From Candidatus Fermentibacterota bacterium (lineage in GTDB: Bacteria > Fermentibacterota > Fermentibacteria > Fermentibacterales > JCC-6), in the NCBI GenBank assembly GCA_963845085.1, contig CAWJQI010000004.1, forward strand, positions 576,001-640,000: 64,000 nt of DNA, read 5' to 3'. The notes beneath the pieces are model-generated. The model was not told the origin of the DNA and did no database searches. It worked only from the letters and a program-made list of their open reading frames with translations. Within the stretch, counting starts at the first letter, position 1. Every line of letters starts with the position of its first letter. A program made the translations under genes and the position numbers. Positions 37,605 to 47,236 of the stretch are shown here, in pieces.

Positions 37605-38217
37605 TGCAATCTCCCTTCAGAGGGCACGCCGGGCAGCGGGGTCCGACGGGACGGCAGACAGTCTGGCCGAACCGGACGAAAACGTGGTTCAGCCCGGTCC
37701 AGAAAGCCTCTGGAAATAACCTCATCAGCTCATTTTCGGTGGCCTCGGGGGATCTCGTGGCGACAAGCCCGATTCGGTTCGAGACCCTGTGAACATGAAC
37801 GTCCACACAGACAGCCGGAATGCCGAAAGCGATGCCAAGAACGAAGGCAGCCGTCTTCCCCCCGACCCCGGGAAGAGCTGTCAGTTCCTCCCTGTTCGCA
37901 GGAACAACTCCATCATGCCTTTCGCAGAGCGCCTGTGCGGTCTGTGAGAGCTGGCGGGCCTTCACACGGTAGAAACCTGCGGGATGGAGCAAAGCCTCAA
38001 GTTCACCCGGGGGCAGTGCGGCGAGGGCGGCCGGTGTTGATGCCCTCTTCAGAACCCTTTCCGTCACCATGGCTGTGACGGCGTCCCTCGTTCGAAGGCT
38101 TATCACTGTTCCCACGAGCACGCTGAAGGGGTCGTTGCCGGCCGCCAGCGGGGCAGGGATGCCGGTATCTCCGAGATGATCACGCATCCGGAGGAATACC
38201 GCCACTGCATCCTTCAC
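37582..38217 (-). CDS. nth: Endonuclease III
   Basis: HhH LPGVGGKTA, VDVHVHR, C-terminal C-x6-C-x2-C-x5-C 4Fe-4S motif. Confidence 0.92.
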   Translation of the reverse strand: MKDAVAVFLRMRDHLGDTGIPAPLAAGNDPFSVLVGTVISLRTRDAVTAMVTERVLKRASTPAALAALPPGELEALLHPAGFYRVKARQLSQTAQALCERHDGVVPANREELTALPGVGGKTAAFVLGIAFGIPAVCVDVHVHRVSNRIGLVATRSPEATENELMRLFPEAFWTGLNHVFVRFGQTVCRPVGPRCPACPLKGDCSEAHDRL

Positions 38218-39401
38218 CGGATCCGCACCAGTCTGATTCCCCTTGTTCTGCTGAGTATCAGACCCAGCCTGCCGTTGAAGAGGTCGACAAGCTCCTCGCC
38301 GAGGGCATCCTTTCGCCAGCCGGGGATGCCGGTTCTTGCCTGAAGATCCTCGAGCGACTGGGGGGGATTGTCAAGCAGCTCTTCAAAGGCTTCTTTCGGG
38401 AGTAGCACCGTGGGGGATATTTTAAGCTCGGCCGACTTCTTCTTCAGGAAAATCCTGAGAATGTCCTTTCGGGCGGAACGGCCCCAGTCCTGATCGGGAG
38501 GCTCGACCGGCGGAGTGTCGCCTGGCGGATTCGCCGAGCACTCCGCACTTATCCTGACGATTTCCGCGCCGTATTTCTCCGTGAATCCGCCGGGCAGGCC
38601 GCGGAGTACCGCAAGGTCCTCGGGCGATGAAGGCGAGAGGATCGCTATCCTGCAGAGAAGGGAATCCTGGGCGATGAACTGCCTGGGCCTGTTCATCGAG
38701 CGTGCGAGTTCCTCGCGCCAGTTCACCAGCCTCCAGAGAAGCGGGTGATGCTGGGGTTTCACCTTGTCAGCGGATCGTGTTCTTCTGAACTGGTCCTGCG
38801 GGGACATGCTGTAGGTCTCGGAATCGGTAAGCGATGCGGATTCGTCAAGGAACCACTGCATCCTGCCCTTGCGCTCGAGCTGCGCCTTCAGCTTCCCGTA
38901 CATCTCCGGCAGGTAACGTACGTCATCGAGCGCGTAAAGCACCTGATCGGGTGAGAGGGGGCGGGCGGACCAGTCGCTCATGGAGTACTGCTTCGGCGGT
39001 TTTGCCTTGCAAACGGTCTTTACAAGGTTGGCAAGGCTCATCTGCTCGCCGTACCCCAGAAAGGCTGCCGCTATCTGCGTGTCAAAAACGTTGTTAATGG
39101 AAATACCGGGGATGTGGTGAAGGAGGACCCCGATGTCGTTCCTTGCGGAATGAATGATCTTGACCACGTTCCGGTTCTCGAGCAGCGCCCCGAGGGGTGA
39201 GAGGTCGGGAACCGCGAGGGGATCGATGGCTGCGGGGCTGACTCCTGCGCCGGAAATCTGCACGAGATACAGATCGGGCCAGTACCTTTTCTCGCCATGG
39301 AATTCTGTGTCTATCGCCACCGCTTCCTCGCGGCCGCACCTTTCCATGAGCTCGGCAAGGCTCTCCGGCGTGTCGATGAGAGGAGGCTGCGGGGGGGTCA
39401 C
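38214..39401 (-). CDS. rnd: Ribonuclease D
   Basis: AIDTEF, FDTQIAA, SDWSARPL, YALDDV, HRDC domain; GTG start overlaps the upstream stop. Confidence 0.92.
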   Translation of the reverse strand: MTPPQPPLIDTPESLAELMERCGREEAVAIDTEFHGEKRYWPDLYLVQISGAGVSPAAIDPLAVPDLSPLGALLENRNVVKIIHSARNDIGVLLHHIPGISINNVFDTQIAAAFLGYGEQMSLANLVKTVCKAKPPKQYSMSDWSARPLSPDQVLYALDDVRYLPEMYGKLKAQLERKGRMQWFLDESASLTDSETYSMSPQDQFRRTRSADKVKPQHHPLLWRLVNWREELARSMNRPRQFIAQDSLLCRIAILSPSSPEDLAVLRGLPGGFTEKYGAEIVRISAECSANPPGDTPPVEPPDQDWGRSARKDILRIFLKKKSAELKISPTVLLPKEAFEELLDNPPQSLEDLQARTGIPGWRKDALGEELVDLFNGRLGLILSRTRGIRLVRIR

Positions 39402-40129
39402 GGGTTCACCGGAGTCGACGCCGCGTGATGCAGGCAAAGCACGCTGTCGCCCTGAAGGACGTAGTATGAGTAGCCGTTGTCGGGGCAGCGCCAGCCTCCG
39501 CGCTGGCCAATTTCCCCTCCGGACACCGTGTGGATGCTCTCAAGATCGGTTGGCATTGAATACCCACGGCTCAGGAAGTCCCTCACAACACCGGCAACCT
39601 CCCCGCGCCGGATCGCGCACGCCTCAGATGTAAGCCTGAGGCCGCTCCCAAGGTGCCCCGACGGGCAGATCAGGAGGTTCTGCCCGACCGAGTATTCACG
39701 GCCTGAAACAGGACAGACGCCCGAGCCTGACGCAGCCGCGGCCCTGCAGAGAAGAACCGCCCCTCCCAGCAGGCCGTCCAGCATCGCATCACCCCTGACG
39801 CGGTACCCGGCTTCGGTCTCTGCAAGCCAGACCACCCTGACGTTTCCGCCGGAAACTGCCGCCATGCGGATTCCGCGGCTGTCAGTGCCGTCCATCAAAA
39901 CCCGTTCAGGCGAGGACAGCCCTTCAAGACCATCGAGAAATGCAGGCGATACAAGCAGGGCAAGGCTGTCGGAAAGCATCCCCCATGCTTCGTCCGGGGG
40001 TGTCTCATCGAGGGCGGCAAGGTACTCCGTCACGAAACCGGACCTGATCATTCCAGGGCTTTGGGATCGGGCGACAAAAGCAATCAGAACAAGCAGAGGA
40101 ATGAGCATGAAGGGCAGGGCTTTTCTCAT
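39398..40129 (-). CDS. Membrane-anchored hypothetical protein with two CPxxGxxY...CxxH motifs
   Basis: N-terminal hydrophobic helix; CPVSGREY...CPSGH and CPDNGYSY...CLHH. Confidence 0.6.
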   Translation of the reverse strand: MRKALPFMLIPLLVLIAFVARSQSPGMIRSGFVTEYLAALDETPPDEAWGMLSDSLALLVSPAFLDGLEGLSSPERVLMDGTDSRGIRMAAVSGGNVRVVWLAETEAGYRVRGDAMLDGLLGGAVLLCRAAAASGSGVCPVSGREYSVGQNLLICPSGHLGSGLRLTSEACAIRRGEVAGVVRDFLSRGYSMPTDLESIHTVSGGEIGQRGGWRCPDNGYSYYVLQGDSVLCLHHAASTPVNP

Positions 40130-41073
40130 CACCTGTCCCCGCGTCCCTCGGATGACCTTCCACCCGTGCTCACACCGAAGATGTCGCCAAGGTCCAACCC
40201 AATGCCGCTCACTATTATGCCCCACTCCTTGTCGATGTTTTCACCGGCAAGCCGGATGTACACATCGGCGTTGAACTTCATCTGGGGGTTGGTCAGCATG
40301 AAACCGCCCCTGAGGTCGAAGTAGCTTCGACCGCTTCCGTTCACTTCCACACTGCCGGCCTCGGTGTCATAGCTGGTCTGCCCCCGGGTGGCGAACTCAC
40401 CGCCCACACGCACCGAGAGCTCGGGGTTTATGGGGGCGACAAGAAACCCGCACCCGCGCAATTCAACCCCCGGCGAGGTTTCGCTGCTGTCGTTCTGGGT
40501 TCCGGGGATCTTGTCCCAGGCGGTGAAGTAATATCTCAGCCCGCCCGTCACGTCGAACCGGGAACCGCTGCGCGGTCCGAGGGGAAGCTCGAAGCTCGCT
40601 GCTATCTCGGCCGCCATGTGCGGGTCGCTTCTCGGAGGGTCCGCGCTTTCAAGGTACCCTTTGAAGGCCGGCCTGAAAGCGCCCCGGAGGAGATAATGGG
40701 GGGAGCGGCTCATCCAGCCGTCAAGGCTGATCCACGGATCGGTGATCCCGATGTTCGATTCCTCGGAGCCGGAGAGCTGAAGGTACATCGGCAGCACCAG
40801 GCTGATGGTATGGCTGGACGTCAGGCCGTACCTTCCGGTCCATGCGGCCTGCAGAAGACTCTGCGTTTCCCGGTGCTCATACAGGCTGTCGAATCCGAGC
40901 GTGTCGGTCTCCCAGTAGGAGCCGGCCGAAAAGTAGCCGATGGCGAAATCCCCGGTGGATTCGGTAGACCTTAGAACCCTCGTAAGACCGTTGTAGTAGA
41001 GGGGGTCCCAACCCTGGGCGGCTCCCAGAATGCAAAGCGCCGCCAGCGGAAATAGGAGTATGCGAATGCTCAT
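40129..41073 (-). CDS. Predicted outer-membrane beta-barrel protein
   Basis: Signal peptide; alternating aromatic/Gly strands; GITDPWI. Confidence 0.55.
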   Translation of the reverse strand: MSIRILLFPLAALCILGAAQGWDPLYYNGLTRVLRSTESTGDFAIGYFSAGSYWETDTLGFDSLYEHRETQSLLQAAWTGRYGLTSSHTISLVLPMYLQLSGSEESNIGITDPWISLDGWMSRSPHYLLRGAFRPAFKGYLESADPPRSDPHMAAEIAASFELPLGPRSGSRFDVTGGLRYYFTAWDKIPGTQNDSSETSPGVELRGCGFLVAPINPELSVRVGGEFATRGQTSYDTEAGSVEVNGSGRSYFDLRGGFMLTNPQMKFNADVYIRLAGENIDKEWGIIVSGIGLDLGDIFGVSTGGRSSEGRGDR

Positions 41074-41375
41074 GCTTCCTCCCGGTCGAATGTTATCTCA
41101 AAGGAACGGGAATTGTCTATGCAGGGAACGATCCTTGTTTCAACGGAATGCACCGAGGCGTTGCGGGGACCGCGGGACAGAAGGTTCACGAAGCTGTTCA
41201 CCGCTTCCACGTCTCCCTGGGCGCAGGCTCCGACGGAGCCGTCCCGCCTGTTCCACACCATTCCGGTAACGCCGAGGGAATCGGCAAGCCGTTTCGTCCA
41301 CCATCTGAAACCCACGCCCTGGACAAATCCCCTCACCGTGACAGCCATGCGGACCTGTTCCCTGTTCTTCATCAC
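41070..41375 (-). CDS. acyP: Acylphosphatase
   Basis: VRGFVQGVGFR, GMVWNRRDGSV, GP..A.V. Confidence 0.93.
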   Translation of the reverse strand: MMKNREQVRMAVTVRGFVQGVGFRWWTKRLADSLGVTGMVWNRRDGSVGACAQGDVEAVNSFVNLLSRGPRNASVHSVETRIVPCIDNSRSFEITFDREEA

Positions 41376-41491
41376 AAGCCCCTTCCATAAACACGCCGCG
41401 AGCAGGGGTCAAGCTCATTGACTTGTATCACCGTTACCAAACATGTTTGACTGGAAAATAATGGCTGATCCGGTCTGAAAGGAGACCTCTC

Positions 41492-43483
41492 TTGAAAAGG
41501 GTTCTATTTGTACTGCTTCTACTGATTCCTGCGATGGCCCTGGCCGTGCCCGGAACGTGGGGTGTACGGGGCATCAACAGGATCAACAGCGCCATACCAA
41601 TGGGTTTCAACCAGATATGCTTCAATTTCATGGCAAGCTACATGACGGCTGAAAACACCTACACGAACTTCCTCTACCACCACCATGACAACGGCCAGGA
41701 CCTTCTCTTCCCGGAACTGACAGATACCGAACACCTGTTCCGCGGGCTTTTCACAATAGGCTATGGTGCGTGGGACTACATCGATGTGGGTTTCCGTCTC
41801 ACCTATTTTTCGAACATGTACCAGCGCGGGCTGTATGAAGAGCGCTCAACCGGTCAGTGGGAAGAGGTCAACGCTCTGGGCGATTACGGCGCGATGATCA
41901 AGGGCGGTTACAACCCCCTTCAGGGTGAGCTGTCCGATGTCCTTTGGGCCGGCGGCTCGGTCTGGGCGGAAATGTCCCCCTCCGACAGCAACTTCCTTGA
42001 ATGCAGCGACGACCAGGACGGCAACTGGTTCACCGGCCAGATGATGAGCCGGACCCGCTACCCCTATGCCTCCAACGGCAGTTCTTTCGGCGCCGACCTG
42101 ATCGCCACCGGCGACTTCGGCTACTGGGTGCCCATGGTGCCGATCCGCGCACACCTCAACGTCGGTTACGCCAGCTACAGCCAGAAGTTCGACTTCTGGG
42201 ACTTCAGGGTGGAAGAGACCGAAGAAGGCTTCACGTTCTCCGATTCCACGCTTCTGAATCTTTCCGTGAAGGACAATGTGCTTTCGTACGGCTTGGGCAT
42301 CGAGATCCCCACGCCAAGCGCCGATGTCCTTTTTGAGTACAAGGCTTATTCCTTCCTTGACCGCACCGGGGAATCACTTTCCTACCTCTCTCCCGGAATT
42401 CGTTTCAAGACCTCTTCCGGCATGTTCCTCGACATCACGTACGACATGATCGGCGGAAGCTTCGACCCCCTCTATCACGACCTCGGCCACGGCCTTTACC
42501 AGGATACCACTGCGGCCGTCACCGAAGCCGACAGGGCTTCCAGATCTCCGCTTCCGATCCCCGGAGCATACGACTGGGGTCTCAGCCTGAACCTTGGCTT
42601 CTCCGGTGATCTTGTTCAGACTGTCGACCAGGGTCCCAGGCTCGGAACCTTGAACGGAACGGTCACGGATTCACTCACGGGCCTTCCGGTCTTCGCCACG
42701 ATCACATTCCCGGGTGTTCCGGTGTCGAATGTCACAAGCGACGGCCAGACAGGGTTCTTCGTTGTTCACGTACCCGCGGGCGATCTGCCAGTCACCGTTG
42801 TGGCGCCGGGTTACCGTCATGCATCCGCACAGATCTCAATGCAGCGGAACACAACTCAGAGCCTCGACTTCCGTTTGTCGCCGAACCTCGGAACAGTCTC
42901 GGGCGCAGTGCGTGACGGCCAGGGACGGGCTGTCCCCGGTGCCTCCGTGACCGTAGGCAGCACCAGCCCCGTAACGGTAACCACCAACGCCGCAGGTGTC
43001 TATTCGGCCAACGTCGAGGCCGGAACCTGGCCGATCACCGTCCAGGTGACAGGGTTCCTCGGCGACAACCAGAACGTGACCCTTTCACCGAACGCCACCA
43101 CCACGGTGAACTTCACCCTCCGCAATGCACTGCAGGAGGGACAGGTCATGAGTTTCGACAACATCTACTTCGATTCCGGCAGCGCCAACATCAAGCCTGA
43201 AAGTTATCCGGTGCTCGACAGCGTGGCCATACTGCTTCGCGACAACCCCACCGCAAGGATTCAGATCGCCGGCCACACCGACAGCGACGGAAGCACCAGC
43301 TCGAATCAGACTCTCAGCGAGAGAAGGGCGCAGTCCGTCCATCAGTACCTTGTCAGCAAGGGCATTTCGGGAACCAGCATGACCACAGTCGGTTACGGCG
43401 AGGATCGGCCGCTTGTCGCAAACGACACTGCGGCGAACAAGGCGCGCAACCGGCGCATCGAATTCACAGTTCTCAGCATTTAG
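41492..43483 (+). CDS. OmpA family protein: N-terminal barrel, carboxypeptidase-regulatory-like domains, OmpA_C
   Basis: Signal peptide; GTVTDSLTGLPV and GAVRDGQGRAVPGASV domains; NIYFDSG, GHTDSDG, LSERRA, NRRIEF. Confidence 0.9.
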   Translation: MKRVLFVLLLLIPAMALAVPGTWGVRGINRINSAIPMGFNQICFNFMASYMTAENTYTNFLYHHHDNGQDLLFPELTDTEHLFRGLFTIGYGAWDYIDVGFRLTYFSNMYQRGLYEERSTGQWEEVNALGDYGAMIKGGYNPLQGELSDVLWAGGSVWAEMSPSDSNFLECSDDQDGNWFTGQMMSRTRYPYASNGSSFGADLIATGDFGYWVPMVPIRAHLNVGYASYSQKFDFWDFRVEETEEGFTFSDSTLLNLSVKDNVLSYGLGIEIPTPSADVLFEYKAYSFLDRTGESLSYLSPGIRFKTSSGMFLDITYDMIGGSFDPLYHDLGHGLYQDTTAAVTEADRASRSPLPIPGAYDWGLSLNLGFSGDLVQTVDQGPRLGTLNGTVTDSLTGLPVFATITFPGVPVSNVTSDGQTGFFVVHVPAGDLPVTVVAPGYRHASAQISMQRNTTQSLDFRLSPNLGTVSGAVRDGQGRAVPGASVTVGSTSPVTVTTNAAGVYSANVEAGTWPITVQVTGFLGDNQNVTLSPNATTTVNFTLRNALQEGQVMSFDNIYFDSGSANIKPESYPVLDSVAILLRDNPTARIQIAGHTDSDGSTSSNQTLSERRAQSVHQYLVSKGISGTSMTTVGYGEDRPLVANDTAANKARNRRIEFTVLSI

Positions 43484-43522
43484 GGGACATGCCGGACCGT
43501 ATCTGAAATCCCCGCAGAAAGT

Positions 43523-43551
43523 GAAGAGCCAACCCGATGGGTTGGCTCTTC
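43523..43551. terminator. 13-bp hairpin between convergent genes
   Basis: GAAGAGCCAACCC-GAT-GGGTTGGCTCTTC. Confidence 0.7.
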
Positions 43552-43582
43552 CGCTGCATTCGCGGTGTTTCGTCGGCTCTGT

Positions 43583-44038
43583 TCAGTCAGTTCCAAGCCC
43601 GGCAAGAACGCCGAGGAACTCTTCGGGGGAGCCGGTGATTCCGACGACCCTGTCAAGCTCGTTGCCCTGGGGATCGGTCAGGATCAGTGTGGGAATGCTG
43701 CTGACTCCATACCGATCGGCAAGATCGGGCATGCTGTCGACGTTCACCTTGAGGGGAACCACCCCCGAAAGGAATTCCTGGTAGTCGGCCCTCGGGAAGT
43801 ACTCATCCGAGAGGGTGCGGCACGGAGGACACCAGTCGGCATAGAAGTCTATGAACACCAGCTTGTCTTCGGAAAGCGCCCGGGCTGCCGCGGCATCGAA
43901 GTCATCGTGGATCCAGCTGACCGGGGTGACCTCGACCCCATCCGCCCGTTCTGTCGGAGTCAGAGCGGCGGCTTCATCCTGGCGTCCGCAGGCGGCAAAA
44001 AAGGCCGCAAGGCACAAAAGTATGGCGGGGTTCCTCAT
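43583..44038 (-). CDS. Thioredoxin-fold lipoprotein
   Basis: Lipobox FAAC; DFYADWCPPC; YGVSSIPT. Confidence 0.88.
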   Translation of the reverse strand: MRNPAILLCLAAFFAACGRQDEAAALTPTERADGVEVTPVSWIHDDFDAAAARALSEDKLVFIDFYADWCPPCRTLSDEYFPRADYQEFLSGVVPLKVNVDSMPDLADRYGVSSIPTLILTDPQGNELDRVVGITGSPEEFLGVLAGLGTD

Positions 44039-44106
44039 CAGCGTCTCCTTTCGTTAGGTTCATGAAACATACCCGTGTCATGATCAATGGTGCCATAAGG
44101 AGGAAC

Positions 44107-44532
44107 ATGCGACCAAGGACACCCGAAGTCACAGTCGATGCGATCATTGAATCAGGCGGCGGAGAGATCGTCCTCGTGGAGAGACGGTTCCCGCCCGAAG
44201 GCTGGGCTCTTCCAGGAGGCTTCGTCGATCCCGGAGAAAGCCTTTACCAGGCCGTGGTGCGGGAGGTGCTTGAGGAAACGGGCCTCGCGATAGAGGTGCT
44301 CTCCCTGTTCCATGTCTATTCAAGGCCGTGGCGGGATCCCAGGGGCGACACTGTAAGCGCGGTCTATCACTGCAGGACCGATGGCACACCCGTGGGAGGG
44401 GATGACGCGGCCAGCGCTCGGTTCTTCCCTCCCGACAGGCTGCCGCTGCGCATTGCGTTCGACCACCGGAAGATCATCGCGGACTTCCTCAGATGGAAAG
44501 AGCTGGGCACGCATCCCTCCCTGGAGGACTGA
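44107..44532 (+). CDS. Nudix hydrolase (ADP-ribose pyrophosphatase-like)
   Basis: WALPGGFVDPGESLYQAVVREVLEETGL Nudix box, RDPRG, AFDH. Confidence 0.92.
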   Translation: MRPRTPEVTVDAIIESGGGEIVLVERRFPPEGWALPGGFVDPGESLYQAVVREVLEETGLAIEVLSLFHVYSRPWRDPRGDTVSAVYHCRTDGTPVGGDDAASARFFPPDRLPLRIAFDHRKIIADFLRWKELGTHPSLED

Positions 44533-44535
44533 CGG

Positions 44536-46761
44536 CTAACGGAGGACCATGCACTTCCTCGTTTCGACGCCCCCCGGAGCGGCAAGCACCTGGAAATAGA
44601 CGCCTGCAGCCATTTCGGATGTATCCCAGACAACCGTATGCTGACCTGCAGAAAGTTCGCCCTGCTGCAGCCGCTCAACAACCCTTCCCGCAAGATCGAG
44701 CACAGCGAGCTCAACGATTCCGGCCGTCGGAACGGAAAAACCGATGTCGACCACCCCGGACACGGGATTTGACAGGCCCGGAAGAAACACCGGGGCATCG
44801 GGAACCCCTTCGGTTTCCATACCGGTCGTGTTCCAGATGACATGGGTCTGCGCCGGAGCGGAGAACCCGAATTCCGTGCTCACAGCCTCGACAAGGATCG
44901 TCGTGGTATCCCGGCCTGCCGGCCTCGTCACCAGGGGCACGAAGCAGGCATTGCCGGGCGTCGCCCAGAGAAAGGTCCTGCTGTCATCGTCATTCAACCC
45001 GTAGACATTGTAGCTGTATATGGAACCCGGGCTTGCGTTCCATCTCAGCCTGACCGTTCCGGAAAGGTCATCGATCTGGTTGAACTGCTCGACAAGAAGG
45101 CCGCCCGGAGCCGACGGCACGTCCTGTGCACCGCGCACCACCCCGAGCCTCCCGATGCGAACCTCGTAATCATTGATGACCGTGGGGCTGTCGAAGCGGA
45201 GCGCGATTATGGAAAGGGTGTCTCCCGCGAGGGACGAAAGCGGGAACTGCCACGAGTTCCAACCCTCCCCGGTCCCGTCCGGCACTGAAAAGTACTCGAA
45301 CTCCATCGGATCCTGCGATGTGGAAAGGGCAACTTCGATCCCGGAGGGAAGCCCCGAGGTGCCGCGGTTCCACACGATGACAAAGCTGTCATCTCCCTGA
45401 ACCGGCGCATCGGTCTTGTACAGGTAGAGCATTGTGGTGTTCGAGGGCGACAGCTCGCCGCTCACCTTCAGGCAGCTTCCGCCATAGTACGGCACGTCCC
45501 AGTCAAGCTCGGGGTAGAGGGGCTCACCGTTGCTGCGGGCCATGTACCTCCAGGTGGGGAGCACATCCATCTGGCTGCGGTTGTGCCACTGGTTTTCGGA
45601 AAGAACAAGCCCCTCGACGGCGCAGCGGTACCCCTGCCCGGTGTTGAAATTCGTCATGAAGGGCAGGGCGGTCACGGGGGTCATGGCTGGTATGTAGTGC
45701 GCCATGCCCTTCCAGGGATGTGTTGTCACGGTGTTGCCGGGGTCACGGTTGGCCCCCACCCAGAACCGGTTGTCGCGTGTGTAGAAGTCGGCATGACTCG
45801 AGGAGTTCGTATAGGTCCAGTTGGGGCAGTAGAACCCAAGGCTCACCCTGTGGTCGGCCCCTTCAGGAAACGGGCCCTCCCAGTTGACACCGGTGTTGTA
45901 ACCGTTCGCCTGCACATCAACGCCGGCATAAAGCTCGTATGGACTCCTTCCGAGCGAGGTTGCAAGGCCCGCCGAGTTGGTGAGCCCGGCGGGGGTCCAC
46001 CAGAAGTTCAGGAACATCTCATCGCTCACAACCTGCCCCTCGTGCTGGAAGAACCAGTCGTTGCTTGCGTTCAGGGCGTTCTGCCAGGAGATGGCGCCTG
46101 ATTCGGTCATGGCGTCGTACCACTGAATGCCGAGGTCGGAGTTCTGCTGGATGTACAGCATCATGTCCCTCATATCCATGGCCAGCTGGACGTTTCCCCC
46201 CCCTGTTTCCTGATTGATGAACCACCCGTCGAAACCGTAATACTCGGCAGCCTCGATGAGCTTGTCAGCCACGGGAAACCCGTCGCCATCCTTCTGCACG
46301 AAGTCCCATACCCACTGGATCTGGCCTCCGTACTGTGCAGGCGGGAAGAAAACAGTTCCGTAGACGGGCACTCCGTTTCTGTGCGCGGCGTCTGTGACTT
46401 CGGGGCTCGGGGCAAGAATAAGCCCCTCGCCGGCGCTTCCGCCCCAGAAGGTAAGGTTCTCGATGTACTGCCAGTATCCGAACGCATAGGTGTCGATTCC
46501 CAACCCGCCCTGGGAAGGATTGAAACTCGTTGAAGGGTACATGATGCCGATGGATGTGATGCCGGCCTGACCCGGAATGGCATGGGCGTTGCACTGAGTG
46601 TCGCCCGCACTTCTGGTGGCAAGGGGGATCATGCTTCTGTTGTAGGGGGCATCAGGATCGGTAAATGGGCTCCAGGTGAGCAGATCGGCCGGAAACCAGT
46701 ACGAGGCGCAGGGCTGGCCCGGAAGTGTTTGAGCAACAAGGAGCGCTGCCAGAATGATCAA
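44536..46761 (-). CDS. GH85 endo-beta-N-acetylglucosaminidase with T9SS-type C-terminal domain
   Basis: YAFGYWQYI, AAHRNGVPVYGT, YYGFDGWFINQE, WYD, FLNFWW; tail LAVLDLAGRVV...WD..MAAGVYF...TRKCMVLR. Confidence 0.9.
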   Translation of the reverse strand: MIILAALLVAQTLPGQPCASYWFPADLLTWSPFTDPDAPYNRSMIPLATRSAGDTQCNAHAIPGQAGITSIGIMYPSTSFNPSQGGLGIDTYAFGYWQYIENLTFWGGSAGEGLILAPSPEVTDAAHRNGVPVYGTVFFPPAQYGGQIQWVWDFVQKDGDGFPVADKLIEAAEYYGFDGWFINQETGGGNVQLAMDMRDMMLYIQQNSDLGIQWYDAMTESGAISWQNALNASNDWFFQHEGQVVSDEMFLNFWWTPAGLTNSAGLATSLGRSPYELYAGVDVQANGYNTGVNWEGPFPEGADHRVSLGFYCPNWTYTNSSSHADFYTRDNRFWVGANRDPGNTVTTHPWKGMAHYIPAMTPVTALPFMTNFNTGQGYRCAVEGLVLSENQWHNRSQMDVLPTWRYMARSNGEPLYPELDWDVPYYGGSCLKVSGELSPSNTTMLYLYKTDAPVQGDDSFVIVWNRGTSGLPSGIEVALSTSQDPMEFEYFSVPDGTGEGWNSWQFPLSSLAGDTLSIIALRFDSPTVINDYEVRIGRLGVVRGAQDVPSAPGGLLVEQFNQIDDLSGTVRLRWNASPGSIYSYNVYGLNDDDSRTFLWATPGNACFVPLVTRPAGRDTTTILVEAVSTEFGFSAPAQTHVIWNTTGMETEGVPDAPVFLPGLSNPVSGVVDIGFSVPTAGIVELAVLDLAGRVVERLQQGELSAGQHTVVWDTSEMAAGVYFQVLAAPGGVETRKCMVLR

Positions 46762-46780
46762 TGCATTCTCCCTTCATGCG

Positions 46781-47236
46781 TCACCGGTGGTTCCTGAAAA
46801 ACTCCTTCAGAAGCCTTGAGGATTCGTCGGCCAGCACCCCGCCCACGACCCTCGGATAATGGTTGAGGTTCGGCATCGCCTGCAGGTCCGTGACGGACCC
46901 GAAGGCACCGAAACGCTTGTCCCAGGCGCCGTAGACAACAAGGGATATCCTCGAAAGCAGAATGAGCCCCGCACACATGACGCATGGTTCCAGTGTGGCG
47001 AACAGCGATGCCCCGGAAAGCCTCCAGTCACCAGTTGCCCTGCATGCCTCATCAATCGCGAGCTGCTCGGCATGAGCCCAGGGCCTTCCCGTTTCCCGCG
47101 TGCGGTTGGACTGCGCGAAGACCCTGCCGCAGGATGTCACGAGCACTGCGCCCACCGGGACCTCGCCCCTGTCGAAGGCCTTTCGGGCTTCCTCAAGGGC
47201 CAGCCCCATGTACGGGAGGTGATTAGGGTCGGTCAC
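46781..47236 (-). CDS. tadA: tRNA adenosine(34) deaminase
   Basis: GEVPVGAV, AHAE, TLEPCVMCAG, LLKEFF. Confidence 0.9.
   Translation of the reverse strand: MTDPNHLPYMGLALEEARKAFDRGEVPVGAVLVTSCGRVFAQSNRTRETGRPWAHAEQLAIDEACRATGDWRLSGASLFATLEPCVMCAGLILLSRISLVVYGAWDKRFGAFGSVTDLQAMPNLNHYPRVVGGVLADESSRLLKEFFRNHR

Noticed and set aside
41438..41449. CAAACATGTTTG palindrome before ompA as a second TetR site
   Set aside because: Half-site spacing is 2 bp shorter than in the 61500 operator; cannot be assigned
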